Of a stretch of DNA of 64,000 nucleotides, positions 49,916 through 60,284 are shown piece after piece. The number at the start of each line of letters is the position of its first letter. Positions within the stretch are counted from its first letter, which is position 1. Source of the stretch: a bacterium (lineage in GTDB: Bacteria > Acidobacteriota > Aminicenantia > Aminicenantales > Aminicenantaceae); the NCBI GenBank assembly GCA_018335295.1, contig JAGXKI010000002.1, forward strand, positions 2,643 to 66,642, given 5' to 3'. The notes beneath the pieces were generated by a model. The model was not told where the DNA came from. It was given only the letters and a program-made list of their open reading frames with translations, and did not search any database. The translations under genes were made by a program, and so were the position numbers.

Positions 49916-51067
49916 ATGAAGAAGTTAGTATTATTTACTCTGACTGGATTGTTTTTGTCTGCCCTCTTAACCGGTTGCGGTGGAGCGGGAGGTGAAGGTG
50001 GAGAGAAGGAACCCAATAATTCGATTGGGGAAGCAAGTGCTGTATCGCTAGAAAAGACATTCCCAATTACTATTAATCCAGAGGGTGATGTGGATTGGTT
50101 TAAAGTCGAACTTCCGGAACAGGGGTACCTTAAAGTTCAGGCAGGAGAGGTTCCCGAGGATTTAGGCCTTAAGGTTTCTTTTGCGGTTTATGAAGAATGG
50201 GAGGGCGAAAAAGAGAAAAAGTTAAGAGGATGGAATGATTTGCCGGATGCTGTTTCCATCCCGGAAGAAGGCACTTATTATTTTGCAATTAAAGATCATC
50301 ATGATGATGCTTTTTCAAAAAAGCCTGTTAATATAAAAGCTGCTTTCGTTAAAGAGTTTGACTCCTGGGAACCCAATGATTCTCCGGAGGAGGCAGCGGA
50401 GGTAAAAGTTGGTTCGATAATAAGGCCAGCTATCTTTCCGGCTGGAGACCAGGATTGGTTTAAGGTAAGTGTTAAGGAACAGGGATATCTTCGTATCCAG
50501 TCGAAAGATATTCCTGAAGGAATAACTCCACAAGTCCTTTATGCCACTTATGATGAATGGGCAGATCCAAAGGTGGAAAAAATAAGGAGCTGGAGCCGTT
50601 TGCCTGATGCATGTTTTGTTCCTGATTCTGGAGATTATTTAATCAGGTTACATGATGATCATGACAATGAAGGCAGTGAATCAACTTTTGATTTAAAGAT
50701 TGATTTCTTAGAAGAGATGGATGAAGCTGAACCAAATGATGAGTTTGAGAATGCAAAATCCGTAAGTCGTGGAGATACACTGACGGTAGCTATTTTCCCT
50801 AAGGGAGACAAGGATTACTTTAAAATTAAGAATGATAAGGGAGAAATGCTTAAACTCAAAGCAGAAGGTTTCTCCGAGGAAATTGTTCCTGAAGCGAAAT
50901 TATTTATCAGAGATGAGGAAAATCCGGATAAATTGAAAGAAGTGAGTGATTGGAAGAAGTTACCTGGTAAGTATGAAGTAAAAAAGAGCGAAGAATATTT
51001 CATACTTCTGCACGACGACTATGACAATAAAGGTTCCTCTAAAACTTTTAAGCTCCTAGTAGAATAG
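49916..51067 (+). CDS. Acidic lipoprotein with three tandem PPC-like beta-sandwich repeats
   Basis: Lipobox LTGC; three EPN[ND]..A....I.P.GD.D[WY]FK repeats, each with a DHHD/HDDHD/HDDYD motif. Confidence 0.8.
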   Translation: MKKLVLFTLTGLFLSALLTGCGGAGGEGGEKEPNNSIGEASAVSLEKTFPITINPEGDVDWFKVELPEQGYLKVQAGEVPEDLGLKVSFAVYEEWEGEKEKKLRGWNDLPDAVSIPEEGTYYFAIKDHHDDAFSKKPVNIKAAFVKEFDSWEPNDSPEEAAEVKVGSIIRPAIFPAGDQDWFKVSVKEQGYLRIQSKDIPEGITPQVLYATYDEWADPKVEKIRSWSRLPDACFVPDSGDYLIRLHDDHDNEGSESTFDLKIDFLEEMDEAEPNDEFENAKSVSRGDTLTVAIFPKGDKDYFKIKNDKGEMLKLKAEGFSEEIVPEAKLFIRDEENPDKLKEVSDWKKLPGKYEVKKSEEYFILLHDDYDNKGSSKTFKLLVE

Positions 51068-51122
51068 TTTTTTGAATCGGTTAATGGTGCTTAAAGGAAA
51101 ATTGGAATTTTCAGGGAAAAAA

Positions 51123-51198
51123 TGGCTCCTCGGGAGGGATTTGAACCCCCAACCTAGTGGTTAACAGCCACCCGCTCTGCCGATTGAGCTACCGAGGA
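51123..51198 (-). tRNA. tRNA-Asn (GTT)
   Basis: TCCTCGGTAGCTCAATCGGCAGAGCGGGTGGCTGTTAACCACTAGGTTGGGGGTTCAAATCCCTCCCGAGGAGCCA; cloverleaf with encoded CCA. Confidence 0.97.
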
Positions 51199-51259
51199 GC
51201 AAGGCATATTTAATTTAGCAGAAAACACCGGAAATATCAATTAGGGTGAGCCTTTAAAA

Positions 51260-52006
51260 CTAAAAACGGTAGCTTCCTTGTTTGAATTCTTTGCGGTAGT
51301 CCTGACCCCACATCTTCACCACTTTGCACATCTCATAGATCCGGGACCTCAGCCGTATCCCGATCCTGTCAACTAAAGAGTCATCTTTATCTTTAAACAT
51401 AGAAACTCTTTGGTCTTCTTCTTCTTCCTCATAATCCAAATAATTGGAAGTGAATATGGTGAGCTTTTTTTGATTATACCTCTTGTTGATTATATAAAAA
51501 ACAGTCTCCTCAACCCAGGCTGTGGTCCTTTTGGCCCCCAATTCATCTAGAACCAGTATTTCTTTCTGGAAAACAGGGGTCAGCACATCAAACTCATTCA
51601 ATGAAGAATCCCGGTTGTAGCTTCTCTGTATATCCCGGATCAATTCCCGAAAATCACAGAAATAACAGGGTACTCCCTTTTTATCTATGCATTCCTTGAT
51701 GATAGCGATAGCCAAATGAGTCTTTCCCACACCGCAGGGACCGATAAAGAGCAAACCCACATCCTGCACAGGATAATTTTTGATGAACTGTTTGGAAATT
51801 TTCAACGCATGACGATGGGATTCGTTATGAGTCTCGAAATTTTTAAAGCTGCAGTCCTGATATCTTTTAGGAATATGAGCCTGATCCAAAAGGATGTGAC
51901 TCTTTTGTTTTTTAAAACAGCGGCATCTTTGAGCCACCATCCTTCCCTGGACCTCTTTCAAAACCCATCCTGTACCCCCGCATTCAGGACAGACTTTTTT
52001 TTCCAT
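51260..52006 (-). CDS. DnaC/IstB-like AAA+ ATPase with N-terminal Zn finger
   Basis: CPECGGTGW..RCRC, IPKRY..CSF.NF, GPCGVGKTHLA, LVLDELG, TSN, R..SRI.EMC, G.DYR. Confidence 0.88.
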   Translation of the reverse strand: MEKKVCPECGGTGWVLKEVQGRMVAQRCRCFKKQKSHILLDQAHIPKRYQDCSFKNFETHNESHRHALKISKQFIKNYPVQDVGLLFIGPCGVGKTHLAIAIIKECIDKKGVPCYFCDFRELIRDIQRSYNRDSSLNEFDVLTPVFQKEILVLDELGAKRTTAWVEETVFYIINKRYNQKKLTIFTSNYLDYEEEEEDQRVSMFKDKDDSLVDRIGIRLRSRIYEMCKVVKMWGQDYRKEFKQGSYRF

Positions 52007-52857
52007 CAGTTGAGATATCCTCTCAATTGTTGGAGTTTATGAGAACGAGCCAATTTTTTCATTCCTTTTTGTTCGATCTGTCGTATCCTTTCTCTGGTTA
52101 AATTCAATCTATTCCCGATACCTTGGAGCGTTTTCGGTTCATCATCCTCCAGTCCAAATCTTGATTTTAACACAAATGATTCCTTATCATCCAATTCTTG
52201 GAGCATTTCTCTGATCTGCTTCTGAATAGCATTTTTTATAATTTTGTATTCAACCGAAGGAAACATTTTATCTTCTATCCGGTCCCCTATCTCCACGCTC
52301 TCATCATCATAATATTTATCACTCAACGAGACATCCCTTTCTGACAAAATCTCCAGGTCTTCCAATTCATCTCTGGACAGCCCCATATATCGAGCCACTT
52401 CTTCCCGGGTGGGTTCACGGTCCAATTCTTTTTTCAAATGGGAGCGGGCCCTCTTCATCTCTGATATCCTGTCAGAGAGCTTTTGAGGAATCCGGTAGAT
52501 TCGGGATTGCTGAGTCAAGGCATGAATCACAGCCTGTCTTATCCACCACACCGCATAAGAAATGAACTTAACATTCCTCCGGGGATCATACCTTTGAGCC
52601 GCTTCAATCAGTCCTAAATTTCCTTCATGGATGAGCTCCAATAAACTCAATCCCATCCCTGTGTATTTTTTTACATAGGAGACAACAAACCTAAGATTGG
52701 ATTCCACAAGTTTCTTAAGGGCGTTCTTATCCCCTTTCTGAATGAGCTTGCCCAATTCTTTTTCGTCTTTGAAAGTAAGGGTTGGAAACTGTGAGATCTG
52801 CTGGATGTAGTGTTTAAGATTTTTAAATTCGAGGGAATCTTTAAAATCACTTTTCAT
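52006..52857 (-). CDS. Sigma-70 factor, RpoD/RpoS-like without region 1.1
   Basis: LVESNLRFVV, LIHEGNLGLIEAA.RYDP..KFISYAVWWIRQ, TLQ.IG....LTRERIRQIE. Confidence 0.93.
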   Translation of the reverse strand: MKSDFKDSLEFKNLKHYIQQISQFPTLTFKDEKELGKLIQKGDKNALKKLVESNLRFVVSYVKKYTGMGLSLLELIHEGNLGLIEAAQRYDPRRNVKFISYAVWWIRQAVIHALTQQSRIYRIPQKLSDRISEMKRARSHLKKELDREPTREEVARYMGLSRDELEDLEILSERDVSLSDKYYDDESVEIGDRIEDKMFPSVEYKIIKNAIQKQIREMLQELDDKESFVLKSRFGLEDDEPKTLQGIGNRLNLTRERIRQIEQKGMKKLARSHKLQQLRGYLN

Positions 52858-53303
52858 TCTTCTTCTTCTTCTTCTTCTTCTTCTTCTTCTTCTTCTTCTA
52901 ATCTCTCAATCTTCATAATTTTGGTCGGGCTGATCCGGATGATGGAGTTTTTCTTCCTTTCAAATTCCTCTTCTTTTCCTTCATAAAACTCCTTCCTCAC
53001 ATATTCCAGAAAGTTGTTTACTTCAAACTCCATTTGCTCCATCTTTTCTCTCATATTGAGTATCACTTCCACACCTGCGAGATTCACCCCTAATTCTCGA
53101 GTTAAATTGAGTATGACTTTGAGCTTTTCCAAATCTTTTTCTGTGTAAAGCCGGGTATTTCCTTCACTCCGAATGGGGTTTAAAAGCCCTTCTCTCTCGT
53201 AGAGCCTCAGAGTCTGAGGATGAACATTGTATATCTTGGACACACTGGTGATGTGGTAATAAGCCTTGGGCTCTTTTTTTTCTTTCTTTTTCCTTTCTTT
53301 CAT
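52854..53303 (-). CDS. hspR: HspR-like MerR-family heat-shock repressor
   Basis: HPQTLRLYEREGL..P.RS.GNTRLY...D...L..I..LT.ELGVNLAGV..IL; lies downstream of dnaJ. Confidence 0.9.
   Translation of the reverse strand: MKERKKKEKKEPKAYYHITSVSKIYNVHPQTLRLYEREGLLNPIRSEGNTRLYTEKDLEKLKVILNLTRELGVNLAGVEVILNMREKMEQMEFEVNNFLEYVRKEFYEGKEEEFERKKNSIIRISPTKIMKIERLEEEEEEEEEEEEEE
52857..52898 (-). repeat. Pure (GAA)14 microsatellite encoding the poly-Glu tail of HspR
   Basis: 14 uninterrupted TTC units on the + strand. Confidence 0.95.
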
Positions 53304-53304
53304 A

Positions 53305-54435
53305 TCAATGAACCCCTAAATTTTCTCTCGGATTCTGAGAAGAGGCTTTTTTCAATTCTTCCATGAGTTCTCTAATTCTTTCATCATTAAAGGGAGGAGG
53401 AACAATGGAAACTTCCACAAACTGATCTCCCTTGACCTTCCGTCCAGGAACAGGAGCTCCTTTCCCTTTGATCCGGAATTTCTGTCCTGATTTGGTTCCG
53501 GGGGGAATTTTAATGGTGGTTTTTCCGTAGAACGTGGGAACATTTATTTTTGCCCCCAATGTAGCTTCGGGAACCGTAATGGGAACCTTTAAATAGATAT
53601 TAGGGCCCTCTCTGCGAAACAGGGAATGAGGGATGAGTTCAATGGTGATAAACAAATCGCCTGGAGGTCCTCCCCCCAGACCGGCATTCCCTTTTCCAGG
53701 AATCCGAACTTTAGAACCATTGTTAACCCCCCCAGGAATCCGGACACTGATCAATTCAGTTTTCTGCACAAGCCCATTCCCATAACAGGTAGAACACTCT
53801 GGACCTTTGCCCGTTCCTGCTCCTCCGCAAGAGGGACACGGAGTGGAAAATCTCATGGCTCCTTTATGGATTGTGGCGTGACCGCTCCCGCCGCATTTCG
53901 GACAAACCTGCTGTCTTCCTTTCTGGTAAAAACCTTTACCCTGGCAATCGGGACAAGACACCAACCGGGTCAATTTTATCTTGGTTTGGACTCCGTGGAT
54001 AGCATCAGAAAAATTCAGCTTCATAGTGTAGTGGAGATCTTCACCTCGAGCAGGTTTCTGCTGTGTCCGCTTGAAAGGTCCCCCAAAAATGCTTTCGAAG
54101 AAATCCTGGAAGGGAGAGGTTCCGAAACTGGAAAAATCAAACCCTTCAAACCCTCGGGAATAGGAGTATTGAGCTCCTCTCCCAGCGCCAGAACCGCCAG
54201 CGCCCGGAGGAGGAGCTTCTCCTACGTGCCCATATTGGTCGTACTGCTTCCTCTTCTTGGGATCACTCAGGACCGAATAGGCTTCCTGTATCTCTTTGAA
54301 CTTAGCTTCTGCTTGTTTATCCCCAGGGTTGAGGTCAGGGTGATACTTCCGGGCTAACTTGCGGTAGGCTTTCTTAATCTCGGAGGCTGAAGCGTCCCTG
54401 TTCACTCCTAAGACTTTATAATAATCTTTAGCCAT
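53305..54435 (-). CDS. dnaJ: Chaperone DnaJ (copy 2)
   Basis: YHPDLN J domain, G/F region, four CxxCxG motifs. Confidence 0.96.
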   Translation of the reverse strand: MAKDYYKVLGVNRDASASEIKKAYRKLARKYHPDLNPGDKQAEAKFKEIQEAYSVLSDPKKRKQYDQYGHVGEAPPPGAGGSGAGRGAQYSYSRGFEGFDFSSFGTSPFQDFFESIFGGPFKRTQQKPARGEDLHYTMKLNFSDAIHGVQTKIKLTRLVSCPDCQGKGFYQKGRQQVCPKCGGSGHATIHKGAMRFSTPCPSCGGAGTGKGPECSTCYGNGLVQKTELISVRIPGGVNNGSKVRIPGKGNAGLGGGPPGDLFITIELIPHSLFRREGPNIYLKVPITVPEATLGAKINVPTFYGKTTIKIPPGTKSGQKFRIKGKGAPVPGRKVKGDQFVEVSIVPPPFNDERIRELMEELKKASSQNPRENLGVH

Positions 54436-54482
54436 CCGCGACCTCGGTCTTCATCGACAAGCTGGTTTAAATGTTCAATTAG

Positions 54483-56462
54483 TCAGCTTTTCTTTTTATC
54501 TTCATCATCCACAACTTCAGCATCTATGACATCTCCTTCTTCTTCCTTTCCGCTTTGACCTTGACCTTGTCCTTCACTGGAACCTTGTCCTCCACTGGAG
54601 CCTTGTCCTCCACTGCCCTGCTGCTGTTGACCGCTGGAGCCTTGTTGCTGCTGTTGTTGCTGAGAAGCCTGCTGGTACATCATCTCTGATAACTTATGGG
54701 AAGCTTGAGAGAGGGACTGCATGGCTTGTTTTATCTCATCCACATTTTCATTTTCGATGGCCTTCTTGGTGTTATCGATTTCACTCTGAACCTTATTGGC
54801 TTCTTCCTCTGAAATTTTATCTTTATTTTCTCTTAGAAGTTTCTCCATATTGTAGACCATTTGGTCAGCCTGGTTCTTGGTGTCGATAAGTTCTTTTTTC
54901 TTTTTATCTTCTTCGGCATGAGCTTCGGCGTCCTTTTTCATCTTATTGACTTCTTCTTCACTGAGACCACTGTGACCGGTTATAGTGATAGCCTGCTGTT
55001 TTCCTGTACCCATATCTTTAGCGGAAACATGAAGGATACCGTTGGCATCGATGTCAAAGGTGACCTCAATCTTAGGCACTCCTCTCGGTGCGGGAGGAAT
55101 GCCGTCCAGATGGAAACGGCCTAAAGATCGGTTGGCATTGGCCATTTCTCTTTCTCCTTGCAGCACATGAATTTCCACACTCGGTTGATTGTCCGAAGCC
55201 GTAGAGAATATCTCTTTTTTCTTTGTAGGAATGGTGGTGTTTTTTGGAATCATCTTAGTAAACACTCCACCTAGAGTTTCAATACCTAAGGTCAACGGGG
55301 TAACATCCAGAAGAAGAACATCCTTGACATCTCCTGAAAGCACGGCTCCTTGAATAGCTGCACCCACGGCTACCACTTCGTCAGGGTTCACTCCTTTGTG
55401 GGCATCCTTGCCAAAAATGTTTTTGACCAACTCCTGAACTTTGGGGATGCGGGTGGACCCTCCCACCAGGATGACCTCATTGATATCGTCCTCTTTATAT
55501 CCTGCTTCCTCCAGAGCTTTTTTACAAGGCTCTTTGGTTTTCTCCATCAAATCTTCCATAAGCTGTTCGAGTTTAGCTCGGGTGACTTTCATCAGCAAGT
55601 GTTTGGGACCTGAAGAATCCGCCGTAATAAAAGGAAGGTTGACTTCGGTCTCTTTGGTGGTGGAAAGTTCAATTTTGGCTTTTTCTGCGGCTTCTTTCAA
55701 CCTCTGAAGAGCCATTTTATCTTGGGATAAATCAATTCCACTGTCTTTCTTGAACTCAGATACGAGATGGTTCTGGAGTCTTTGATCAATATCATCTCCA
55801 CCCAAATGGGTGTCTCCACGGGTAGATTTTACTTCCACAACACCTTCTCCTACTTCTAATATGGAAATATCAAACGTCCCTCCACCAAAGTCATAAACAG
55901 CGAGGACCTGATCTTTCTTTTTGTCAAGACCGTAGGCCAGAGCCGCGGCGGTGGGCTCATTGATGATCCGATCCACTTGAAGACCCGCAATCTGGCCTGC
56001 ATCTTTAGTCGCTTTCCTTTGACTGTCATTGAAATAAGCGGGAACCGTGATCACGGCTTTCTCCACTTTCTCTCCCAAATAGTCTTCAGCGGCTTTTTTC
56101 AGCTTCCTCAGAACCATGGCAGAGATTTCAGGAGGAGCATACTTCTTGCCCAATGCTTCCAGCCTAACATCTCCCTTCTGGTCTTTAGATACTTTGAACG
56201 GGACCTGTTTGATTTCTTCGGCAACCTCATTGTACCTCCGCCCCATAAACCGTTTTATGGAGAATATTGTATTTTCCGGATTGGTTACTCTCTGCCTTTT
56301 AGCCACTTGTCCGACTAACTGCTCTCCTTTTTCATTAAAGGCCACCACAGAAGGGGTGGTCCGACCTCCTTCTTCATTCTGAATGATAGTGGTTTTATTG
56401 CCTTCATTCACGGAAACAACTGAATTAGTGGTACCTAAATCAATACCTATTATTTTTGCCAT
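54483..56462 (-). CDS. dnaK: Chaperone DnaK (full length)
   Basis: All Hsp70 motifs, lid domain, Q/G/S-rich tail, DVIDAE ending. Confidence 0.98.
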   Translation of the reverse strand: MAKIIGIDLGTTNSVVSVNEGNKTTIIQNEEGGRTTPSVVAFNEKGEQLVGQVAKRQRVTNPENTIFSIKRFMGRRYNEVAEEIKQVPFKVSKDQKGDVRLEALGKKYAPPEISAMVLRKLKKAAEDYLGEKVEKAVITVPAYFNDSQRKATKDAGQIAGLQVDRIINEPTAAALAYGLDKKKDQVLAVYDFGGGTFDISILEVGEGVVEVKSTRGDTHLGGDDIDQRLQNHLVSEFKKDSGIDLSQDKMALQRLKEAAEKAKIELSTTKETEVNLPFITADSSGPKHLLMKVTRAKLEQLMEDLMEKTKEPCKKALEEAGYKEDDINEVILVGGSTRIPKVQELVKNIFGKDAHKGVNPDEVVAVGAAIQGAVLSGDVKDVLLLDVTPLTLGIETLGGVFTKMIPKNTTIPTKKKEIFSTASDNQPSVEIHVLQGEREMANANRSLGRFHLDGIPPAPRGVPKIEVTFDIDANGILHVSAKDMGTGKQQAITITGHSGLSEEEVNKMKKDAEAHAEEDKKKKELIDTKNQADQMVYNMEKLLRENKDKISEEEANKVQSEIDNTKKAIENENVDEIKQAMQSLSQASHKLSEMMYQQASQQQQQQQGSSGQQQQGSGGQGSSGGQGSSEGQGQGQSGKEEEGDVIDAEVVDDEDKKKS

Positions 56463-56493
56463 TGATTTTCCTCCTTATTTTTAGTCTATACGC

Positions 56494-56525
56494 AGTATAA
56501 AACTTGAGCCTCAGTTTGTCAAGTT
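56494..56525 (-). promoter_or_regulatory. Sigma70 promoter of dnaK overlapped by a HAIR-like HspR operator
   Basis: Minus strand TTGACA-17-TATACT; CTTGAGC-N7-TGTCAAG at 56503-56523 versus HAIR CTTGAGT-N7-ACTCAAG. Confidence 0.75.
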
Positions 56526-56799
56526 ATCTGATTTAGTTTTATTTATTTTTTTTCTAGAAAGTCATATTTATTCTACAGATCTTTTTTTTCTACCCCCAGA
56601 TTTTTTCAGATGGATGGACCTTTTCCCTTTCAGGCTGGGGCTTTCAATCCCACAGGAATTAGAGTTGTTCGTGCTTTTTTTTCTTAGAGAAAAGCCTTTT
56701 AATCTCTACCCTGGCTTCTTTTATTCCCCTCCACGAGCCTTTTCCCAGATAAATGAGGCTCGAAAACCCGGTGAAGGTCTCGTTTCCGTTCGATGGGAG

Positions 56800-58164
56800 T
56801 TATTTTTTGGCGTCTGGGTCCACGATGAATTTTTCTTTCATCATAGTCTGGACCTCATCTCTTGCTTTTTTTATGATCGATTCAGCCTGTTTAAACCTTT
56901 CTTCTTCTGATAAATTAATCCTGGCTACCCCCTGTTCGATTCCTTTGGTTCCTACAGCCACAGCCTCTCTGGGGAATACCTCCCATTGGTCCATACTGGG
57001 AACGATATATTCCTCGTTAAGTCCGTTATCTTCAGCGACTTTTGCCAATTCCTCAGCGGCTCGAATGCACATCTCATCGGTGATTTTTCTGGCTCTAATA
57101 TCCAGAGCTCCTCTGAAAATTCCAGGGAATCCCAGGGAGTTGTTTACCTGATTTGCAAAATCGGATCGTCCCGTAGCTACAATTCTGGCCCCGGCTTCTT
57201 TAGCTTCCCACGGCCATATTTCTGGAATGGGATTGGCTTCAGCAAAAACGATGGCGTCATCCGCCATTTGTTCAACCCATTCCTTTTTGATCACTCCGGG
57301 TCCTGGCTTGGAAGCAGATATAACCACATCGGCTCCCTCCATGGCTTCTTTGATATCTCCTCTAATTCTTTGTGGGTTTGTGGTTTTACATAGATTCCAT
57401 TTTTGTTTGTACTTTTCTTTTAAAGTTTCCCTGTCTTCTCTATCTTCTCTTAAAATTCCTTTGGAATCCACAGCAATGATATTTTTAGATTTAACACCAA
57501 CCAGTCCGATAAGTCGGGCGATGGCAATATTGGCGGCTCCCGCTCCGATTAAAGCTACCCGGATATCTTCCATCTTTTTGTTAACAATCTTTACGGCATT
57601 CAACAATCCAGCCACAGTGACACAGGCTGTTCCTTGCTGATCGTCATGCCAGGCAGGAATTTCCATCTCTTCTCTCAAAGTATCCAGCACTTTAAAACAT
57701 TTGGGGTGGGCAATATCTTCAAGATTAACTCCCCCAAAAGTAGGCTGAATCCACTTCACAGCCTTGATGAGATCATCAGGGTCCGAGGCGTTCAGACAGA
57801 TAGGAAAGGCATCCACACCCCCCAAGTATTTGTAAAGAAGGGCTTTGCCTTCCATTACGGGCAAACCCGCTTCAGGTCCAATATTGCCCAGCCCTAAAAC
57901 TCTGGACCCGTCGGAAACCACAGCCACGAAATTCCATTTATTGGTCATTTCATAAGCTTTTTCCTTGTTCTTTTGGATTTCCTTACAAGGGGATGCGACA
58001 CCGGGCGTATACCAAATCGCAAAATCATTAAAATCTCTTATGCGGCATTTAGGTATGACTTCGATTTTTCCTCTATAATAGGGATGAAGACGCATGGCAT
58101 CTTGAGAAGGTTCCTCCGCCTTGGCTAATAAATCTTCCACTGTGACTTCTTTCACATCTTTCAT
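56800..58164 (-). CDS. NAD(P)-dependent malic enzyme
   Basis: YTPGVA, DGSRVLGLGNIGP.A..PVMEGKA, NLEDI, HDDQQGT, GAGAA, ANP.PE, TGRSD..NQVNN. Confidence 0.95.
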   Translation of the reverse strand: MKDVKEVTVEDLLAKAEEPSQDAMRLHPYYRGKIEVIPKCRIRDFNDFAIWYTPGVASPCKEIQKNKEKAYEMTNKWNFVAVVSDGSRVLGLGNIGPEAGLPVMEGKALLYKYLGGVDAFPICLNASDPDDLIKAVKWIQPTFGGVNLEDIAHPKCFKVLDTLREEMEIPAWHDDQQGTACVTVAGLLNAVKIVNKKMEDIRVALIGAGAANIAIARLIGLVGVKSKNIIAVDSKGILREDREDRETLKEKYKQKWNLCKTTNPQRIRGDIKEAMEGADVVISASKPGPGVIKKEWVEQMADDAIVFAEANPIPEIWPWEAKEAGARIVATGRSDFANQVNNSLGFPGIFRGALDIRARKITDEMCIRAAEELAKVAEDNGLNEEYIVPSMDQWEVFPREAVAVGTKGIEQGVARINLSEEERFKQAESIIKKARDEVQTMMKEKFIVDPDAKK

Positions 58165-58320
58165 AAATATCCTCCTTAGGTGAATGGCATTCCGGCCATC
58201 CTTTTTATTAAATTTTATTATAAAACATATAAATCTGAATAAAATGGCTATTATTATAGCTTCATTCTACATAAAGTCAACAGATTGACATTCATAATTT
58301 CAATTGAGTATTTACTCTTC

Positions 58321-59403
58321 TTATCTGTGTAAAAAACTCCTTTCACTATCAGTTTCTCCTGATCTTTTGGTAGCAATCATAGCCAAATTGGAGTCATTGG
58401 CTCTTTCAATAACTTCTTGATCTCTTATGGACCCCAACGGATATATAATGGCTGTGATCCCTTCTTTGGCTGCCAGCTCCACAACGTCTGGAAAAGGCAT
58501 GAACGCATCCGATGCCATCACACATCCTTGAGCTCCATGACCTCTTTTGGAAAACCGAATGGCATCCTCGGTCGCATCGATTCGACTCCGCTGACCTGAA
58601 CCAACCCCATGAATCTTTTCTTTACTTCCGATAACAATAGCATTGGAACGGGTAAAACAGACTACATTCCAGTTGAACACGGCTGCTTCCAGTTCATCTG
58701 GAGTGGCCTTTCTTTGAGAAACCACATCCACCGAATCCGAAGAGGTGATTTTGGAATCAAATCTTTGCTGGACCAAAAGCCCTCCAGTGACCCGCTTAAA
58801 CTCCAAGCCATTGTCCTGACTGGGTTCCTGGCAGTAACTCCCCATTTTCACCGCCCGAAGAGACCTCCTGGAGGAAAAAATTTCCAGTGCCTGGGAAGAA
58901 ATATCCGGAGCGTACACCACTTCCACGTTCCGCCCCTTTTCCACAATCCGTTGAGCCAATTCTTCTTCAATTTTAAAGTTAAACACATCTACACTTCCGA
59001 AATTAGAAAGGGGGTCACTTCTCCATGCGTTCTCAAATACATTGACAGGGTTTTCACCTCTCGCCACTCCACTGGGAACCTCATGTTTAACCAGAACACA
59101 TATTGATTGATCCTTGTAAATTCGAGACAGTTTTCTCACCAACCTCTGCCCTAGATCCATATCCGCAACGTTTATATAGCTGAGGCCTTTGGTTCCTTCT
59201 TTAATCACCTCCATGGTGGCCATATTGGGGCCTTTGGCCCCATCTTCAGCGTAAAAACCCGCTGGATAACCGGGATTCTCTCCGTATCTCATGGAAAGTT
59301 TTTTTCTAAACTTTTTTTGTCCAAAATCCATGCTTTCCGGAAATTCTTCCTTCACCTGGGTACGGTATTGTTTTCTTGTGACCTTTCCCGGTTTTTTCAT
59401 CAT
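58321..59403 (-). CDS. AICAR transformylase domain of PurH (no IMP cyclohydrolase domain)
   Basis: MRYGENP, LSYIN..D, VKH..P.G, D..S.FG, SNAI, G.GQ.SR.D, ASDAF.PF.D, GSIRD, F.H. Confidence 0.88.
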   Translation of the reverse strand: MMKKPGKVTRKQYRTQVKEEFPESMDFGQKKFRKKLSMRYGENPGYPAGFYAEDGAKGPNMATMEVIKEGTKGLSYINVADMDLGQRLVRKLSRIYKDQSICVLVKHEVPSGVARGENPVNVFENAWRSDPLSNFGSVDVFNFKIEEELAQRIVEKGRNVEVVYAPDISSQALEIFSSRRSLRAVKMGSYCQEPSQDNGLEFKRVTGGLLVQQRFDSKITSSDSVDVVSQRKATPDELEAAVFNWNVVCFTRSNAIVIGSKEKIHGVGSGQRSRIDATEDAIRFSKRGHGAQGCVMASDAFMPFPDVVELAAKEGITAIIYPLGSIRDQEVIERANDSNLAMIATKRSGETDSERSFLHR

Positions 59404-60140
59404 TCTCCCCTCCTATCACATCGATTGATAATAGAAAAGCTGTACTGGGAAGATTGAACATCCCGACAATACACGCAGACCACGCTCACTCGATAATCTT
59501 CCTTTCCACTGGAAGGCCCCAACGCCTCATATATCTCCTGGGCTGCCTTCTCGGGATTGGGCTGACTCACCTTGACCTCCCAGGGCTCTCCTTCAAAAGA
59601 AGGGAGTGGATTTTGATTTTTCCCCTTATAAGTGGCCACCATTTTTCCTGTTCCCCGCCTCAACGGAAATTCAAAGTAATTTCTCATAGAATTTCCATCT
59701 GAAGCCCTTTTGATGAGACCGAGAGCTCCTCTATGAGAAGATAAAACGACTCCACTGATCCGGGAGGTAAAATGGGGAGGATCCGGTTCATAATCCCACT
59801 GACTCAATCCCGAAATTAAAGCCGCAGCTGGATTTTGATACCTTCCTAGGGGCTCTAGGATATCCCGGGTATGAAGCCCATTACTGGCCGCGATCCCTTT
59901 ACGCATACACAAAGCCGGATAGACCAATAAGCTTTCCTTTCCCTTATTTAAGGATTTTTGACCTGCTGGCTTGACATAGAAATCTCCACCCTCATGATCA
60001 ATCCTCCGACCCTGGCTGGAGGAAGATCGTCCGGTAACGGCATAAATCACCACCACATTTTGGCCGGATTTATCTTTCCCCAATAGGACAATGCGTCCTA
60101 AATATTCCCGAGAAAATAGATTAACAAAGTGATTATTCAT
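59400..60140 (-). CDS. PurO-like IMP cyclohydrolase (Ntn fold)
   Basis: YLGR, YAVTGRS.SS..R, SNG.HT, YEPDPPHFTSRISG; ATGA overlap with the purH-like gene. Confidence 0.8.
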   Translation of the reverse strand: MNNHFVNLFSREYLGRIVLLGKDKSGQNVVVIYAVTGRSSSSQGRRIDHEGGDFYVKPAGQKSLNKGKESLLVYPALCMRKGIAASNGLHTRDILEPLGRYQNPAAALISGLSQWDYEPDPPHFTSRISGVVLSSHRGALGLIKRASDGNSMRNYFEFPLRRGTGKMVATYKGKNQNPLPSFEGEPWEVKVSQPNPEKAAQEIYEALGPSSGKEDYRVSVVCVYCRDVQSSQYSFSIINRCDRRGE

Positions 60141-60284
60141 GATTAAATTAAATGATGATCATGGATGATATTCATTGATAACATAGGAGGATATCTAAGT
60201 CAACTTCTCATCAGTTGACTTCATAAACCTTGTGTTTCACTTCAAATTTAGATAGACTGTCTTTTTGAATCCTACGGAAGGGAA

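Noticed and set aside
51260-52006. IS21 element or prophage based on the IstB/DnaC-like ATPase
   Set aside because: No istA, terminal repeats, integrase or phage genes; gene is coupled to a housekeeping operon
54550-54665. Q/G/S repeats at the DnaK C-terminus as a special element
   Set aside because: Low-complexity disordered tails are normal for DnaK
60197-60221. AAGTCAACT-N7-AGTTGACTT as a purine riboswitch or special operator
   Set aside because: Most simply two back-to-back TTGACT -35 boxes of divergent promoters; no riboswitch consensus recognised
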